From positions 12,958,001-13,022,000 of the forward strand of contig NC_043012.1 of NCBI RefSeq assembly GCF_006345805.1: a stretch of 64,000 bases of DNA. Reading direction: 5' to 3'. The notes below the pieces were generated by a model. It ran no database searches and had not been told where the DNA came from. It saw only the letters and a list, made by a program, of their open reading frames with translations. Numbering within the stretch: the stretch's first letter is position 1; every line of letters starts with the position of its first letter. Positions 13,323 through 27,295 of this stretch are shown here, piece after piece. This DNA comes from Octopus sinensis. Its lineage: Eukaryota. The position numbers were made by a program, and so were the translations under genes.

Positions 13323-14501
13323 TTAGGTTTTATTTTCTCATGAAATGTTATATTTTAAAGGTAATAATAAAATGTTTCATAAGCGTTAAAGAACTGATTT
13401 ATTTAATCAAAGTATGATCCATGTTCATTATTGACGTTTAGCCAACGTTTCTCTCTGTCATATATTCCATATTTAAAATAAAATTCATCTTTTGCTGTGA
13501 TTAACTGTCCGAATGCTTCAATTAACTTTTATTTATTTAAGAATGATTTATTGCTTATGAAAAGCTCAAAATTCTTAAATAAGTAATGATTAATAGGATA
13601 GATATCAGCGGAATGGTGAGAATATTGCAAAATCTCATAATTCTGCCTGTGCCACTTTTTGGACCGTGCATTGTCGTGGAGAAAAATCGGGCCGTCCCTA
13701 TTCAGTCGTGTGGGTTGCTTCGTTTTCAAATTCTCATGCATGCAATCAATTTCCTGACAATTTAATGTTGTTGTTACTGTTCTTTCTTGTTGCAAAAATG
13801 AATAATGTGTAACTCTTTTCGCAGATAACCAATAGTGGGTTTGGGTAGTGTTTAGGTAACTTTCCTGAATATAAGCACTGTCCTGTTCTCCTGCTGTTGT
13901 CAAAGATTATACGTTGCTCAGCACTAGTAATGATTTGATGCAAAATGGTATTTTCCGAGTCGTGTCGATAAAGCAATAAGGGGCACACTTCAAGGCGTGT
14001 TTTTTTAATCTCGTTCAGTGGATGTGGAACAAATCTATCCGTTTTATTGATTTTTCCAACTTTTTACAGGTATCCAAAAACAGTTGTGCGAGATGTTTGG
14101 ATTTCTGATGGAGGTTTTCGAACCTTTCTTCTCGGATTTTGTTCAACCGAAGCATATCATCAATCATGCCGAATAACTGATTTTGACCTACCCCTCTGAA
14201 CCAGAGCTTTGGAACCATCTCTGAACACTTCTGATATCAACAAAACGATTACCAAAGGCCCGCTTGATATTCCATAGATCTTCTGCTGCAAAGTGACTGA
14301 GTTTGTACTCATACGAGAAAATCACGCAACATAGTTTGGTTGTTATCCTTTTCATAAGGCATATAGCTATGGATTCTGTATACCAATATTGTTGGGAAAG
14401 ATAAAGAGTCAAGATTAAATGCAAGGTATATAATATTGAGATTGTAAATGACAGAAATAACAAGTAATTAAAAATGCAACATTTCATGAGAAACAACCTA
14501 C
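13323..14501 (-). mobile_element. Mariner DNA transposon, degenerate, both TIRs present
   Basis: TIRs ttaggttttattttctcatgaaatgttatatttt / aaaatgcaacatttcatgagaaacaacctac flanked by TA. IFSYEYKLSHFAAE...SVQRWFQ and NRDGPIFLHDNAR...YSHHSADIYP. Confidence 0.9.
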
Positions 14502-15098
14502 TATATATTTTAGCATAAAAGGACAAAGTAACATCTGTGAATTTCTCTAAAACAAACTGCCATAACTTACATGCAGATGAATAGCCACGTATGTGACTCA
14601 ATAAATTGTGATAGACAGGTCAAGTGTGAAACGGTCAGTATGAGGCCAGTGATATAATTCCAAAGACACCAACTGTGACGTTGAATGAGTTTGATAAAAT
14701 TAAAATAAATAAAAAGAAAAAATAGAAATGTGTTTTCAAGAAGTAGTCTTCCTCAAATAACTACGTATATAGGGATGTATATAAACAAACTATCAGAACT
14801 ATCATCTTACCTACCAACAATAATTTGATAACGTGAAAAGAATTTTTGAAAAACGTTTTGAAAATAATTGTTGATACTTTGTCAATGCGGTGGTAATAAA
14901 AATATGTGAATATCGCAATAAGATAAACAGAAGTAGGAAATGGTAAATATACATGGAATTACTCTATGGAGCTTCTTTTTAAGATATATTCATAAATATA
15001 CAAGTTTTAATCCTCAAAATATGAGAATCATGTGCGAAATATTCAACTCTTTTTTTTTACCTATCTTTCTTTCTTTCTCCTCATCTGTATATACATAT

Positions 15099-15155
<57 letters not shown>

Positions 15156-15355
15156 TACATATATATAAATATAAAGGGGGCAGCGATGCACCATTAACCA
15201 GCTGGCGGAAGGTCTGCCTAGGGTTAAGTTAGTAGTAACATGGAATAGCTACTGTGATGTGGCGATTAAGTTTAATTGTTAGTATAGTTACTACTCTGAT
15301 TTCTCCTTGATATTTTACAACCAGCTAGTTTGGTCATATATATATATATATACAC

Positions 15356-15388
<33 letters not shown>

Positions 15389-15449
15389 CTGCCATGTTAG
15401 ATCGTTAGCCACTACACACATTTTTTCTCTCCTTGTTTTCTCTGTGTCC

Positions 15450-15488
15450 CTTTCTCTAGAAGAGCGTCGTAGGCTCGAAACGTAAAAG
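15450..15488 (+). ncRNA. Degenerate hammerhead-like motif in an interspersed repeat (repeat spans about 15390-15590)
   Basis: CTTT-CTCTAGA-A-GAGC-GTCGTAG-GCTC-GAAAC-GTA/AAAG. Stems I and II, GAAAC and GUA are present, but core G5 and A6 are mutated, so it is probably inactive. Confidence 0.4.
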
Positions 15489-17589
15489 ACTTTCTTACCT
15501 TCCAAAGCGTCAAACAAATACACGTGCTTGTTGATACACCTGTGTTTTGATTTTCTATATATTTTCACTATGTACATATGCACATGCATACGTAAGTACA
15601 TGCAAATATATACATAAACACATATCCACGAGTATGGTTGTGTGATAAGAGTAACAATCGAACAACGCGTTGTCATAAATCAATGGTTACTAGTTACAGT
15701 GATTTGACTGAAAGGTAAAGATTACTTATTCTAGCACTATTACTAACAGCATTCCGAGATCTTTGGATACAGTATACATACAAACGAGTAATTCTGGGTA
15801 CTAATGGAAAACTCAGGTTAGTAGGGACTGAGATTTGTTTTCTCAGTAGTAACTTTATCAAAAGTCTAAGTTGGTGATACTGAACAAAACCTAACTAGAG
15901 TAAAATGAAAAAAAAATGAAGTTATATGCAAATACATCTATCATAATGTAAAGTATGGTATTACGGATACGATAATAATTTCTCTGGAAAAATGGTTTAC
16001 ATGCACAACGATAATACACTCACATATACCATGCGGCTAATTCGTTATAGCTTCTCACTATAATCTAATGCAGCTTTGAGTAGGTTCCTTCAGCTGAATT
16101 TTATAACAGCGCAGCATGTATTCGCTGGAAATGCTATAGATTTATCATATATTTGACACCTCATAATTATATGTTTATAGTGTATATATGAAACATCCAA
16201 TGTGTGCTCAGCAGAAAGAGATTATTTTACATACGATATTGTACTTGGTATCGGCGGTTAATTATCATTGCATATTCCACATCAAATAATACACAGAATT
16301 CTATGGCTTTACTTAGAGATAGTTTTCTGGCATATATGAATATGAAACTAAAATCAAACTCATACTGCTCTTGAAAAATATTCATATTTTCGATCTAGTT
16401 TTATAAAAATAAGTTTATATTTTATTTTCTTAATGTTTATCTTCCAAACATGTATTCGATTTATTTATTTTGAATCAGTTATATGTATGTTTGTACGTAT
16501 ACGTGTGTTTATGTAATTATCTATGTATGCATGCATGTATATTGCATATTTGTTTTTCCTATGTAATGCAAGTCATATGCAGAATCAATGCAACACATCT
16601 GCATTCAATGCGCTGTAAAGATATTTTTTTCGTTTCTTCATTATCATGGAAGACATATTTCAGAAAATCATATTTTTCAATTGAATTGCTATAAATGAAG
16701 TCGAAAGCTTTTTGAAAGACAGGTTTAATGTATTTTAGAAATAAGTACGATTGGAATTTAGAGCAAAAGCAGTGTTTAATAGCTACGAGAGAAATAACAC
16801 AAAATTAGGGATTATTCATTTATGTTGGTAGTCAATGTTGCTATAACAACCAATTTAATAAAAGTGTTGAACAGCTAACAAAAGAAGTTTAACAGACATG
16901 AATGTGTATGGTAGCGAACTTACACTAGCATACAATATATATTTCAATAAGGAAATTTTTATTTTTCACCAAACGTTTTATAATTTCGATGAGCGTGTCT
17001 GCATATCATTACATGTTATACGGCTTCATTATTGCAGTTAGGGAAATATTGTAAATCGTATATTAGTTTTATCTTCATGATCCAAGTTTTACAATGGTTC
17101 TTAGTGATGTAAACGATGCTGTATTAACGTGACATCGAATTTAATAAAGTTTCCTAAACAATCCTTCATATAAGATAGGAAATTGGGGAGAATGCTAAGC
17201 TATAAATAATAAAAATCCATTTGTAAGTAATCACTTGGAGATGAGATACTAGAAACGTACACACACATATATGCCTATGCATGTATGTATATATATATAT
17301 TTTTTCGTAGTGACTTCCTTCATCCTATTGTTAAAGCATGACACATGTCTTTAAATTACTCTATGGCTTTAATTGCCTTTTTCTAAAATATTCGGGATTT
17401 TGTACTCTTCCTTAACGTTCTTCTGATTGTAATTCTAACTTTATAAAATGAGAAAATATAACGTGAAACGAGGTGCTTCAGATTTTCAGATTTTGAGATA
17501 AAGTATTCTTCACAAAGTTTGCAGACTATCAATTTGTAAACCTGTTCTATTTTGCAGAAATTTTCATTTCGCCAGCGTTATAACCCATA

Positions 17590-17765
17590 ATTACAAAACT
17601 TATTTTCATTCCCAAGAAAAACGCAAAGCAGCTAGAGAAATCAGCAAAATATTGACATTAAACGTCTGCCATTCTAAAGGTAACCAGATTATTAATTTCC
17701 TAAAGCCAAGATGTGGGCGTCTTAAGTATGCTTCCTCTCGCAAGATTTTCAATGAACGATGAAGA
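17590..17765 (+). mobile_element. Tc1-like transposase N-terminal (HTH) fragment
   Basis: KRKAAREISKIL... and KPRCGRLK resemble the Tc1 HTH and GRPR motifs. Confidence 0.5.
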
Positions 17766-18084
17766 ACTGGTGCTGCGATCATGCCTGCATTTCACTCATA
17801 CTATTAAAACAGAGCGCATCAAAAACAGTAACTCGTCGTTTATTGCCGTACGTTAAAAAGCATTGGGTATTTCATATTTGTATTGTGATAGGTCATTTTT
17901 CTTCAACAAATAAGCATTCAATTGCCACTTGTAAGTTTTCTTTACATTTTCGCCTTCTCCCACTATATCGTGTTCAGTACGAATTTTGATGCATCGTTAA
18001 TATTACCAAATTCATTAAGACTCATTTGATCTCAATAGCAGATTGCTCATTCACGTTCTTGCAAACAAAGACAATATTTACAAA

Positions 18085-20215
18085 ATCTGGATGGGATATT
18101 AATATTACAAGCTGGTGTGTGCGAACTCTGTTTTATTACAAGAGTGAATGTAGGCCTGAAAGACGCACTGCCCTTGTTGCCTGCGAAATGAGCCGATATG
18201 ACATAAGTACATTTTTTTTTCAAAGACGTGTTTGGAAGGTGACGATCAGCTTGAGAAAGTAGGGGGAAGCTACACTATTTCTAAAAATGGAAACCAAAGG
18301 AGGAGAACAGGGCGACTGAATTTGGTTTACCGGTTTGATTTGACGTACTTTAGAAGATGGAGGTTTCTGTCATTATGAATTAGCGTTTCATGACACAATG
18401 TCTACACAGGAAAGGTTGCCGATTTAATACTCTAAGTACCTTATATCCAACTCTGGTGACGATGAAACTATACTCTACGCCCAGCTGAGAGCTGTGCAAA
18501 GGAATTCCCCATATCAGAGAAAGTCATTCTACTGGGTTGTTTCAATGTCAAGGTTATAACAGATTGGCAAACATGGAACTCACATACGCATTTCAGTGTA
18601 AGGAAGGTGAATAGCAATGGCCTTATGTCCTACAGCTTTGAGATGAATATGGCCTTTACATTGCAAGCACTTAATTTATGCCCAATTGTAATCACACTAC
18701 AACATTGATGCGCTCGAGGTCAAAGCTTAGGAAGTTGCTGGATTATGTTATCATTCTCAAAACTGATGTTTACAAGATTAGTAATGACAAGGCCGTTCAT
18801 AAATCACAGTGATGGAGAGAGCATGGCTTGGTATAACAAATTACCGGATTGCAATTAGAGGGAAAGCCGAGGACCTTTTGGTTATTCCTAGACGCCTGGA
18901 TGTCATTATATATATGATTCTACTGTGAGGAAGTAGCTTCCGAATTGTTTATCAAGGATTGTAAGTATTACAACTTATGGGTAGTTTTGAGTTCATGATC
19001 TTCAATGCAATGCTAAAAGACATGAATATGCTACAGGCAGTCGTATGGAATTGTTTGATGAGAATGATGCTAAAGTTCAGAGATTTCCCTCTGCAAATTA
19101 TATGCAGTACTGCACAAAGTGTTATTGGTTGTACAGTAGAATCTATCACATATACATTTTAAGGGTACAAAATTACTCTCTAAGTCTGCATAGTCTTCCT
19201 TGCTTTCCAAGCAAGGCTCTACGCTACTTACTAAATCAACAGAAATCACAGATCGCTGGATTGAACATCTTTTTGAATATATAAACCCCGAGTCGGTTGT
19301 AGATGATGCTGTACTTGGCACTATTCAATAAACACTTGTCATTAGCAACGTGGACACTGCACACTGAATGGAAAAGGTAGCAACAGCAATAAGAAACTCG
19401 AAATTTTGTAAACAATGCTAAAGACGGCATTTATGTTGAAGTCTTAAGCATTGGCGATGGCGGTATCAGAGAGAATCTTCATGATATTATTTATGTCGTC
19501 TGGAGAGATGATGTTGTTTCAAGAGACTGGAAATCTGCAATTATCCTTTGTCCCTATAGAGGAAAGGGAGTCAGAATAAACTGTGGAAACGAGAAACGTA
19601 TTGCTCTGCTCTCTGCTGCAGGAAACGTTGAATAAATACTTGAATAGCTGAAATTATACCTCTGAAATAACTAGCTTGTAAGTAACGTCCTATCTGATTC
19701 TGAATGTGACTTTCATTCTGGCAGAGGTACAATGAATAGGAATTTTACTGGAAGATTATTTCAGAAATTGTGCTACGTGCAGAAATTGGATCCCATTCAG
19801 GTTTTCTTTCATTTAACTAAGGCCTGCGATTCTGGGAACGGGACATCTCATTGGAAGTTACTCAGAAAAAAATATAGTTGCCCAAACCACTTGATGTCGA
19901 TCAACAAATTATTTCTTGCTGGCATGGAAGCATGGTTCAATATCAGTAGTTTCAGTCAAAGTGACATACCCCAACTCTATTTTCCTTGCGTTTTACTTCT
20001 ATCATAACCCATGCTTTTGCTGTGGATTGCCCTTCTTGGGTATAAGTGAAGTCCCGATCTGCTGATCGTCCCTTCAGCTTGCGTCAATTCTTTGCCAATT
20101 CGAAAGATTCTCAGACACGTATTCATGTCCTCTTTTACGTGGATAATTGCTACTTAGTTACTCCTATAATCAAAGATCATAGATCACATTTCATGGATCA
20201 CATTTCTGCATCTAC
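18085..20215 (+). mobile_element. RTE-clade LINE pseudogene (APE endonuclease plus RT)
   Basis: SWCVRTL...RPERRTALVACEMSRYDI (APE N-terminus), CDFHSGRGT...QVFFHLTKACD...WKLLRKKYSCP (RT), FYVDNCYLV (YADD region). Many stops and frameshifts. Confidence 0.9.
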
Positions 20216-20599
20216 TTATTTGTGTGTGTATGTGTATGAGTGTCCGTATGTCTGTGGTGTGTATGTGCTGTACGAGGGATCTAAAATTTCGTCTGAAAAT
20301 GCATTCAACAGGTGTTGATATTTAACGTAGAACAACAGAGGATGGCCTCTTTAAACGGTGGGTGCGATAAGGTTGTACTTCGCATTCCTTAAAAATTCAA
20401 TTTTAATTTCAATTGGTAACACTCATGCAGTGAACGGTATTGAGTTATCCAGTCAGTTAATGTAATAGAGTCGTTAAACCGCGTATGAAATAACTCCAAT
20501 ATTTCACACATACAGACAAACATATTCATTTTCACTCAATCTGTCTCTCATATACACACGCACATACATGCACACACACATGCACAAATACATGTATAT

Positions 20600-20675
<76 letters not shown>

Positions 20676-21214
20676 TATATATAAATATACATATATATAT
20701 GTATATATATATATGTATGTTTGTATGTATGTATGTATAATGTATATTATTGTCCTTAACTCGCATTCTGTTATTTATTTCCGAGGATTGCCTCTTGACA
20801 TATTCGATGCAATAAGTAGATTTTCTGTAGATCTGTGTCTAGAAACACTTCAATATCTTCCGCCCTCTATAATCATTCTTGCAAACATGCATTTTACGTA
20901 TTTCATCATTGTCTATCTCTGAAGAATATACAGTTATTGCTGATTCCTAACCTTTCAGAAGTTAAATTAGTTTTCAATTTTCCATGTAGTTTACCTATAT
21001 AAATTTGCGTTTAAATGGCAAATCTAACAAGGGTGAAGTATTCGGAAAAGTATTTCTTGTATGCCATTCTACTAGAATGTGTGATCGGCCTTTTCCATTG
21101 CTTCATTAAACAGATAATGGGTACCGTTGATAACATTCTATAAAAGCTTGCGGTATATGGATGTCCTGAATCCATTCGTCGTTCGTGTTATTAATAGATA
21201 TGTGTTATTAATAA

Positions 21215-21878
21215 ATACGACAAGTGCGTCCTTGAGTTCCTGCCAACGAATTTTGAACGAGGAATTGCGAATGAAAACACTTGCACAAAATTTGTGCCTC
21301 GATTGCTCACGAAAGATTAAATGCAATCACAAATAAGTGCGTGTCGTGAACTGAAAGAACTGCTGGAAGTTGATCCAGACTTCTATTCGAAGGTCATTGC
21401 TGGTGACGAAAGCTGGTGCTACCACTACGGCCCGGAAACGAGGCACCAATCAATTCAATGGAAGCGTTCGATATCACCACGCCCCACAAAAGCGTGTTTA
21501 TTGACATCCAATGTCAAGAACATGCTGATTTGCTTTAACGATTCGTAAGAATTTAATTTGTTCATCCTGTTAATCTGTTAAGCTGACATTTTACATGGCA
21601 GGTCTTATACCCTCGTCTTGCTCCCTGTGACTTTTTTCTTCCTGAGAATGGAAAAAAGTTCTTAAAATAAAACGTTTTAGGAATGTGGAAGACGTGAAAA
21701 TAAAAAAATAACGACGGAGGTGGTCAAGGGCATAGTTTCGCATTCAGGATTTCTTTGACAGCGGAAAACGCATCTGAAACGATTCATTTCCTCAAATGGA
21801 GAAGATTTTGAAGGCCACAAATATGTAAGCTCAAAATAATTTTACAAAATCCCGGTTTCTTTTGCGTACCCATTCCTA
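21215..21878 (+). mobile_element. Mariner transposase fragment (3' part)
   Basis: KFVPRLLT, KVIAGDESWCYHYGPETRHQSIQW, LAPCDFF, NGEDFEG. Ends in a TIR-like gtttcttttgcgtaccc. Confidence 0.88.
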
Positions 21879-24800
21879 TGTGTGTGCATGTATGTGTGTG
21901 TGTGTATGTGTGTGTGTGTGTGTGTGTGTATGTGTGTGTGTGTGTGTGCGTATGTGAAAAATGATGCGCTTCTTTAGACAGTAAAATTATGGATATCTTG
22001 AACTCTGCATCTTTTATAGATCTCCACATGTAGAGAGAAATACGTCACGTAAGCATAGATTTCTAGACGAATAATTAGGATTTAAAAAACAAGTATTTAA
22101 TTATCAATAATAACAATAAAACGTATTAATGATCGTCAATGTATTTTATTATTTCAATGCCAACGTATTACCTTCATTCTAAAATATATTAATCAATTTC
22201 CGGTAACACATAAAATCGGAGTATATTTAGTTTCTATCGTATTTTGAATGATAGACTCCATATCGCTCTTCATTATTCGAGTCGTAAACGGATTTGCTCT
22301 TAGTCATTCTTTTTTTTTCTTTTCATTTAATGATATTAAATTATACAGCGAGCAAACAATGTCATGCACATCAATGGAGAGAAAAACCTTTCAGCTGTGA
22401 CTTGTTTCTCGTTTTAATTTCAGCAAAGTTTTAATTTCAGCAAGTTAGCGTAGAATATATATCGTATTTATTATGAGAAACAGTCACAGCAAATATACAT
22501 CCATTTCCCAGGTATCTCGTGAATTACTTGCCAAATATCCTCTTACAATTTGGTGGGTTAGCTTTTTGAAGACTACATCTCTCTGATTAAGAAATGTTGA
22601 CTATATACGAATCCCGTTCTTGGCAAGTTACAGACACAGTTTTATATACTAAGGAATTGATTTCCAATGTTCTTTTGTAAAACAAAAATAAAATCCGGTT
22701 ATTTTCCAGCCCATAAACCTTCAATGTGTAAGGTCTACTTTAGATATGTTTCATGAGATTTTACTTACGCGGTTTAATTAAGAATAGTTTCATATTGCTT
22801 TGTCCTGTTCAAAGAGGATTATCGAAAATGCTAAAAGGAAGTTATTGTTCCAATTTTTATATATTGTTTGAGCTCTGAGACGTACAATCTTAGTGGTGAA
22901 TTCGAGCGAACAATATGTCTAAATTGAAATAAAATGAAGCACAAAAGTTGCCATTCATGAAAGGAATGGAAGATTAGACTTACATCTATTTATAATTTTA
23001 AAACATGTTATGATTGAATGTATATTATTCCACTCGTAAATTTGTTACCATTTCCTAACAGATTGCAAGTCTTTAACCTTGAGATAATAAAACGTAAATA
23101 TCCTGTTATTTCAAACATGAAGTTCTTATGTTATTTTGTAATGTATATTGGTAAATATAAGTAATAAAGTAGATTGACTGGCAACGCAAGCGGTTAGAGA
23201 AAACGAAATTCATTTGGCATTTAATATAACTGAAAGATTACAATAGATACATTTATTCTTATAACTTAGCTTTACAATAGTTTCTATTTTTAATAACGTG
23301 TTCTTCCAGGGCACATAACATAGGAAAAGAATTATTGTATATCAAAATTTAAAATATAAAACATAGGAACCGACAGAAAATGTTTCACTTTATTAACAGT
23401 ACAAATTTCGTCTGAAATATGACGCAAGATTTTCAATGACAAGTGTGCCACACATGTATATAAACACTCTTTTACTCAGGCATATATGTGATAAGTGAAT
23501 CAGTCTATACGTCTTTTGAATTATCTCACAAAATATGCTATCCGAGTATTGTGTTCTGTATATTATAATGCTAATTATGGGGATAATAATGTAACAAGAT
23601 ATAAAAATATATTCATAAAATATGTGAAGCTGATATCACTGGTTATCAAATTCGTTACTGTTACGAGAAAGATTTCTCGTCGAAGAAATGAATATATCAT
23701 TCTCTTAAATAACAAAAATATCAAAATCAACAATTTAGAAACCATGCATTATTCCTGTTAATCAGTAAATATATGACTGTTGGCGTAAATTCAGGGAAAA
23801 TAATCTTCTGCAATGAAAGATCAACAATATCACTTTGCTTACTAAATTAGAATTAATATCATAAATAACAGCCAAACGTTTCATTTGATTTGGGGCAATT
23901 TATCTGTATGTGGATTCAAAAGAACTGAGTACGATATATGTGCCAGAGATAATGTACATTGGTTGAAGACTGGATTTTATCCTGTCAAGGATTACATTTC
24001 TAGAGAGCCTCCATACGTCGTAAGCTGCAGCTACAGTGTCAATTGAGACAAATATTTATGTACGTAGCGTAAATTGAACATTCACAACGCATTACAAACT
24101 GGTTGATATTAAAGTCACTTAAAATATTTATCATTTCGTTTGCCCATATATGTTTATAGAGTGTTCCCTCAGTTATTATCCCACAGGAATATTTTAGATC
24201 TCAACATTGCTAAAATATTTATACGCTAAAAATTTTCTTGATGTTCACATACACTCGAATTTGCTTAGTAAGAGTCTTTAAATTTTAAGCAATTTTTTCC
24301 GGTTGCTAACGTTCTGCAGTTGACATCAGATTCCAAACGATATTGTTTCCGCTTTACAATTCAAATTGTTGATAGATTTTACAACCAGGTGTTTCTGTGG
24401 TTATTAAATTTTAGGAAAAGAAAATGACATATACGTTTTTGGATATAGAATTGACATAATACAATGCTTATATTCAAAAATTACAAAAGGCTCTCAAAAA
24501 TTTATTAGATTTAATTATTTTCGAAATTCTATGATATCAAGAAATGATAAGCAAGCAGACATGCAAAGGATTTCATAAACAACTTATGAATAAATAGCAA
24601 TCCATTTATTGATGAATACCGGTTTAATATGGTCTTGAAGTAATTAGGGAATTAGAACATTCGTGTCTAACTATATAAAGCAACACGTACTTTTTAGTTC
24701 TTAGAGTCAAATCTCCTCTATTAAGGTCTTTGTCAAAATTTTCCTTCTCAGGATTTCTTTCTCATTATACAAATATGGAAGTTATGTTGTGAAAAATATT

Positions 24801-25720
24801 AAGTTATTGCATTTGAGCAAAAATTCATATTTTGTCAAATGCTGATTTTAGGTAAATCCGACACTGGCTTTTATTTTCTTATAATGTTATAAAATTTACC
24901 AAAGTGTTACAATGGACACTTGCGAGAATGTATGACTTGACACTTGTTATTGGTACTGAAGTATCATACTCACTTGGATGGAAGGTCGAAGTAAACTTTA
25001 GTGTTATATTAATTTCGAATAAAACAAGACTTCACTGATGGTAAATATTAAGTTGTATGGTTTTATGTTACATTCCCACATCTCAACATAAATATTTACT
25101 ACATGACTTATGCCAATTACAGCAACTGTGATTATTTTATTTTTCACACTGGTTTCTATGACACAAATTCGAAAACATTCTCCTTGGTACATGGTCGTTA
25201 CGTATTGATTCGATTCTGAATGATTGAGAGCAAACGTCTATACCGACTTAGATAGGAGAAGATTAAATATTGCACGACAATATGTCCATATACATGATGT
25301 TGCCAGCGCGACACATTCACCAAAATTATTAATACTGATGTGGCTTCCTGGCTAGACGGCAAAGTATTTGGTTTAAAATACCTGTTTCTGTAATTAATAG
25401 TTTCATAAATGTTTCATAAGCCATTTCCTACAATCACTGTGAACTCGTTCCAAGAAATAAACAGAAACATATTCAACAATAAAAAACAAAGAATGTTTCG
25501 GCATAATCCATAAGCACATTATCAATATAAAAAGATATAAAATATTGAACTAAATTATATAAAGGTAATTTAATCGAGAGAATAAAACAGTGTCAGACCG
25601 GTCACCAAAGGAGACTATATCAGTTAAAGTTCAATACATTATGTAAATGGGACTTGATATAGCGATAAAAAGATTAAAAGAATATTCACGAAATCATTTA
25701 TAAATGTCAAAAATACGGAG

Positions 25721-25784
<64 letters not shown>

Positions 25785-25818
25785 GTGTGTATGTGTGTGT
25801 GTGTGTGTGTGCGTGTGT

Positions 25819-25849
<31 letters not shown>

Positions 25850-26122
25850 AATGTATACGTGTGTGTCTATGTGTGTGTGAAGAGAGGGGAAAAAGAGACT
25901 GAGTTTATTTTAAAGAATTCCGTGTGTATGGTATCAATTTTGATACTATTTTTTTGTAGTTTGATACTATCTCTTTCGAATTTCTTCGAGACAGCGATTA
26001 CAGTGATTTTATATTTCCTTTAAAAGTAACGATCGTAAAGTACTTTCTTTCGCATTTTACATTAAACAAAACATGGAAAAGAATCCTTTGTCCACTTGCA
26101 TGAACTAACTTTCCCTTACTTA

Positions 26123-26128
26123 TTTATT
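26123..26128 (-). promoter_or_regulatory. Candidate polyadenylation signal for the GPCR
   Basis: AATAAA on the minus strand about 180 nt after the stop codon. Common by chance in AT-rich DNA. Confidence 0.3.
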
Positions 26129-26308
26129 CATTCTCTGTAAATATCTCCATAATTCAGTGAATCTGATTCAATGCATAAACATTCGTATGTTTACCTCGGA
26201 GGGATGAATATTGATTTCATGTTTCAGGTTATAATGGAGCCATTAGATATATTGGATAAGGTATGAACACAATAATTGTTCTATATCGTGTAAAATTTCT
26301 GTTCTAAT

Positions 26309-27295
26309 TTATACTGTCGTTTCGTCCGTTGGAACAGCGATTACCCGTGTTTTACTCGATTGGCACGACAGATTTCTGCACAAAGACTTGAGACAATTAA
26401 CAAACGCTTGCCGATAACTCGATGACAAAAATACATATACTATCGGCTTCATTGCAAAATAAGCAGTGAAAAGTTGTTGGAAAATATTGAATAATGAAAT
26501 TATTTTTTTATTGTACGCTGTTCCAATGAAGTTGAAGAATTGTGAAACAATATTTGGGAAAATAAAAATGTAGTATAAAATGGTCAGAGCTACAACAAGC
26601 CGGTATTCCTCTGTCCCATTAGTTATGCTTTGGTTATTGCTTGTATCTGTTGAGTAAAGAGGTAAGCGTACGCAACGCAGAAGCAACATAATATGGAAAA
26701 TGACAAAAACTGCCGATGGACATATGGACATGAAAAATGCATCAAGTATATATATTAATTTCATTGCTGACTGAGTTCCTGTAATTATTGTACACATTTT
26801 TATACCGTTATATTCATTTGTCCCGAAGGTCCAGGTTTTATATAAGTATCCTGTAAATGCGAAAATAGTTATTCCGACAAAACACAGAGTAACCATTCCA
26901 GAAGAACGCATAGAATGATATTTATTTGGGGCAAGAGAGGAAAAAATTATTAAAAACACAATCCACGCCAAATACCAAAAGGAAAGGAATGCAAAGTAAT
27001 GACTGCAAAACACTTGAATTTGGCACAAGCCCGGGGCTTCATAGATATCCACAGATAAGGATTCGATCCATGTTAGGAAAAGACAAAATAAGTATATCGT
27101 ATCGACAATAGCGATGGCCATCAACAACGGAGCAATTTTACTTTCCTTACTGTGAAATTTTTTGAACAATATGGCGGTTAATGTGTTGGTCGTCATGCCA
27201 AATATGATCGTAGAAGGCAAGAAATACTGTCGCAGAAAGAAGCTGATTTTCGCAAACTCGTCGAGTTCCATTGCATGCGTAGCTGAGAAATTCAT
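26309..27295 (-). CDS. Class A (rhodopsin-like) GPCR, FMRFamide/peptide-receptor-like, single coding exon, 328 aa
   Basis: Intact 328-aa non-repetitive ORF with 7 hydrophobic segments. Class A landmarks are in register: N-glycosylation site N2-F-S, N37 (1.50), D65 (2.50, IAIVD), C91 (3.25, LCQ), ICL2 P123, ECL2 C168, P193 (5.50), P247 (6.50), KPIVY 283-287, helix 8 SSSYRQAF. TM3 LCQ..F..Y..FLS.W resembles invertebrate FMRFamide-receptor-like GPCRs. Ligand unknown. Confidence 0.93.
   Translation of the reverse strand: MNFSATHAMELDEFAKISFFLRQYFLPSTIIFGMTTNTLTAILFKKFHSKESKIAPLLMAIAIVDTIYLFCLFLTWIESLSVDIYEAPGLCQIQVFCSHYFAFLSFWYLAWIVFLIIFSSLAPNKYHSMRSSGMVTLCFVGITIFAFTGYLYKTWTFGTNEYNGIKMCTIITGTQSAMKLIYILDAFFMSICPSAVFVIFHIMLLLRCVRLPLYSTDTSNNQSITNGTEEYRLVVALTILYYIFIFPNIVSQFFNFIGTAYNKKIISLFNIFQQLFTAYFAMKPIVYVFLSSSYRQAFVNCLKSLCRNLSCQSSKTRVIAVPTDETTV

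Noticed and set aside
26309-27295. GPCR as a Penelope-made retrogene
   Set aside because: No poly(A) remnant or target-site duplication is seen, a splice acceptor precedes the ATG, and single-exon coding regions are common in GPCRs.
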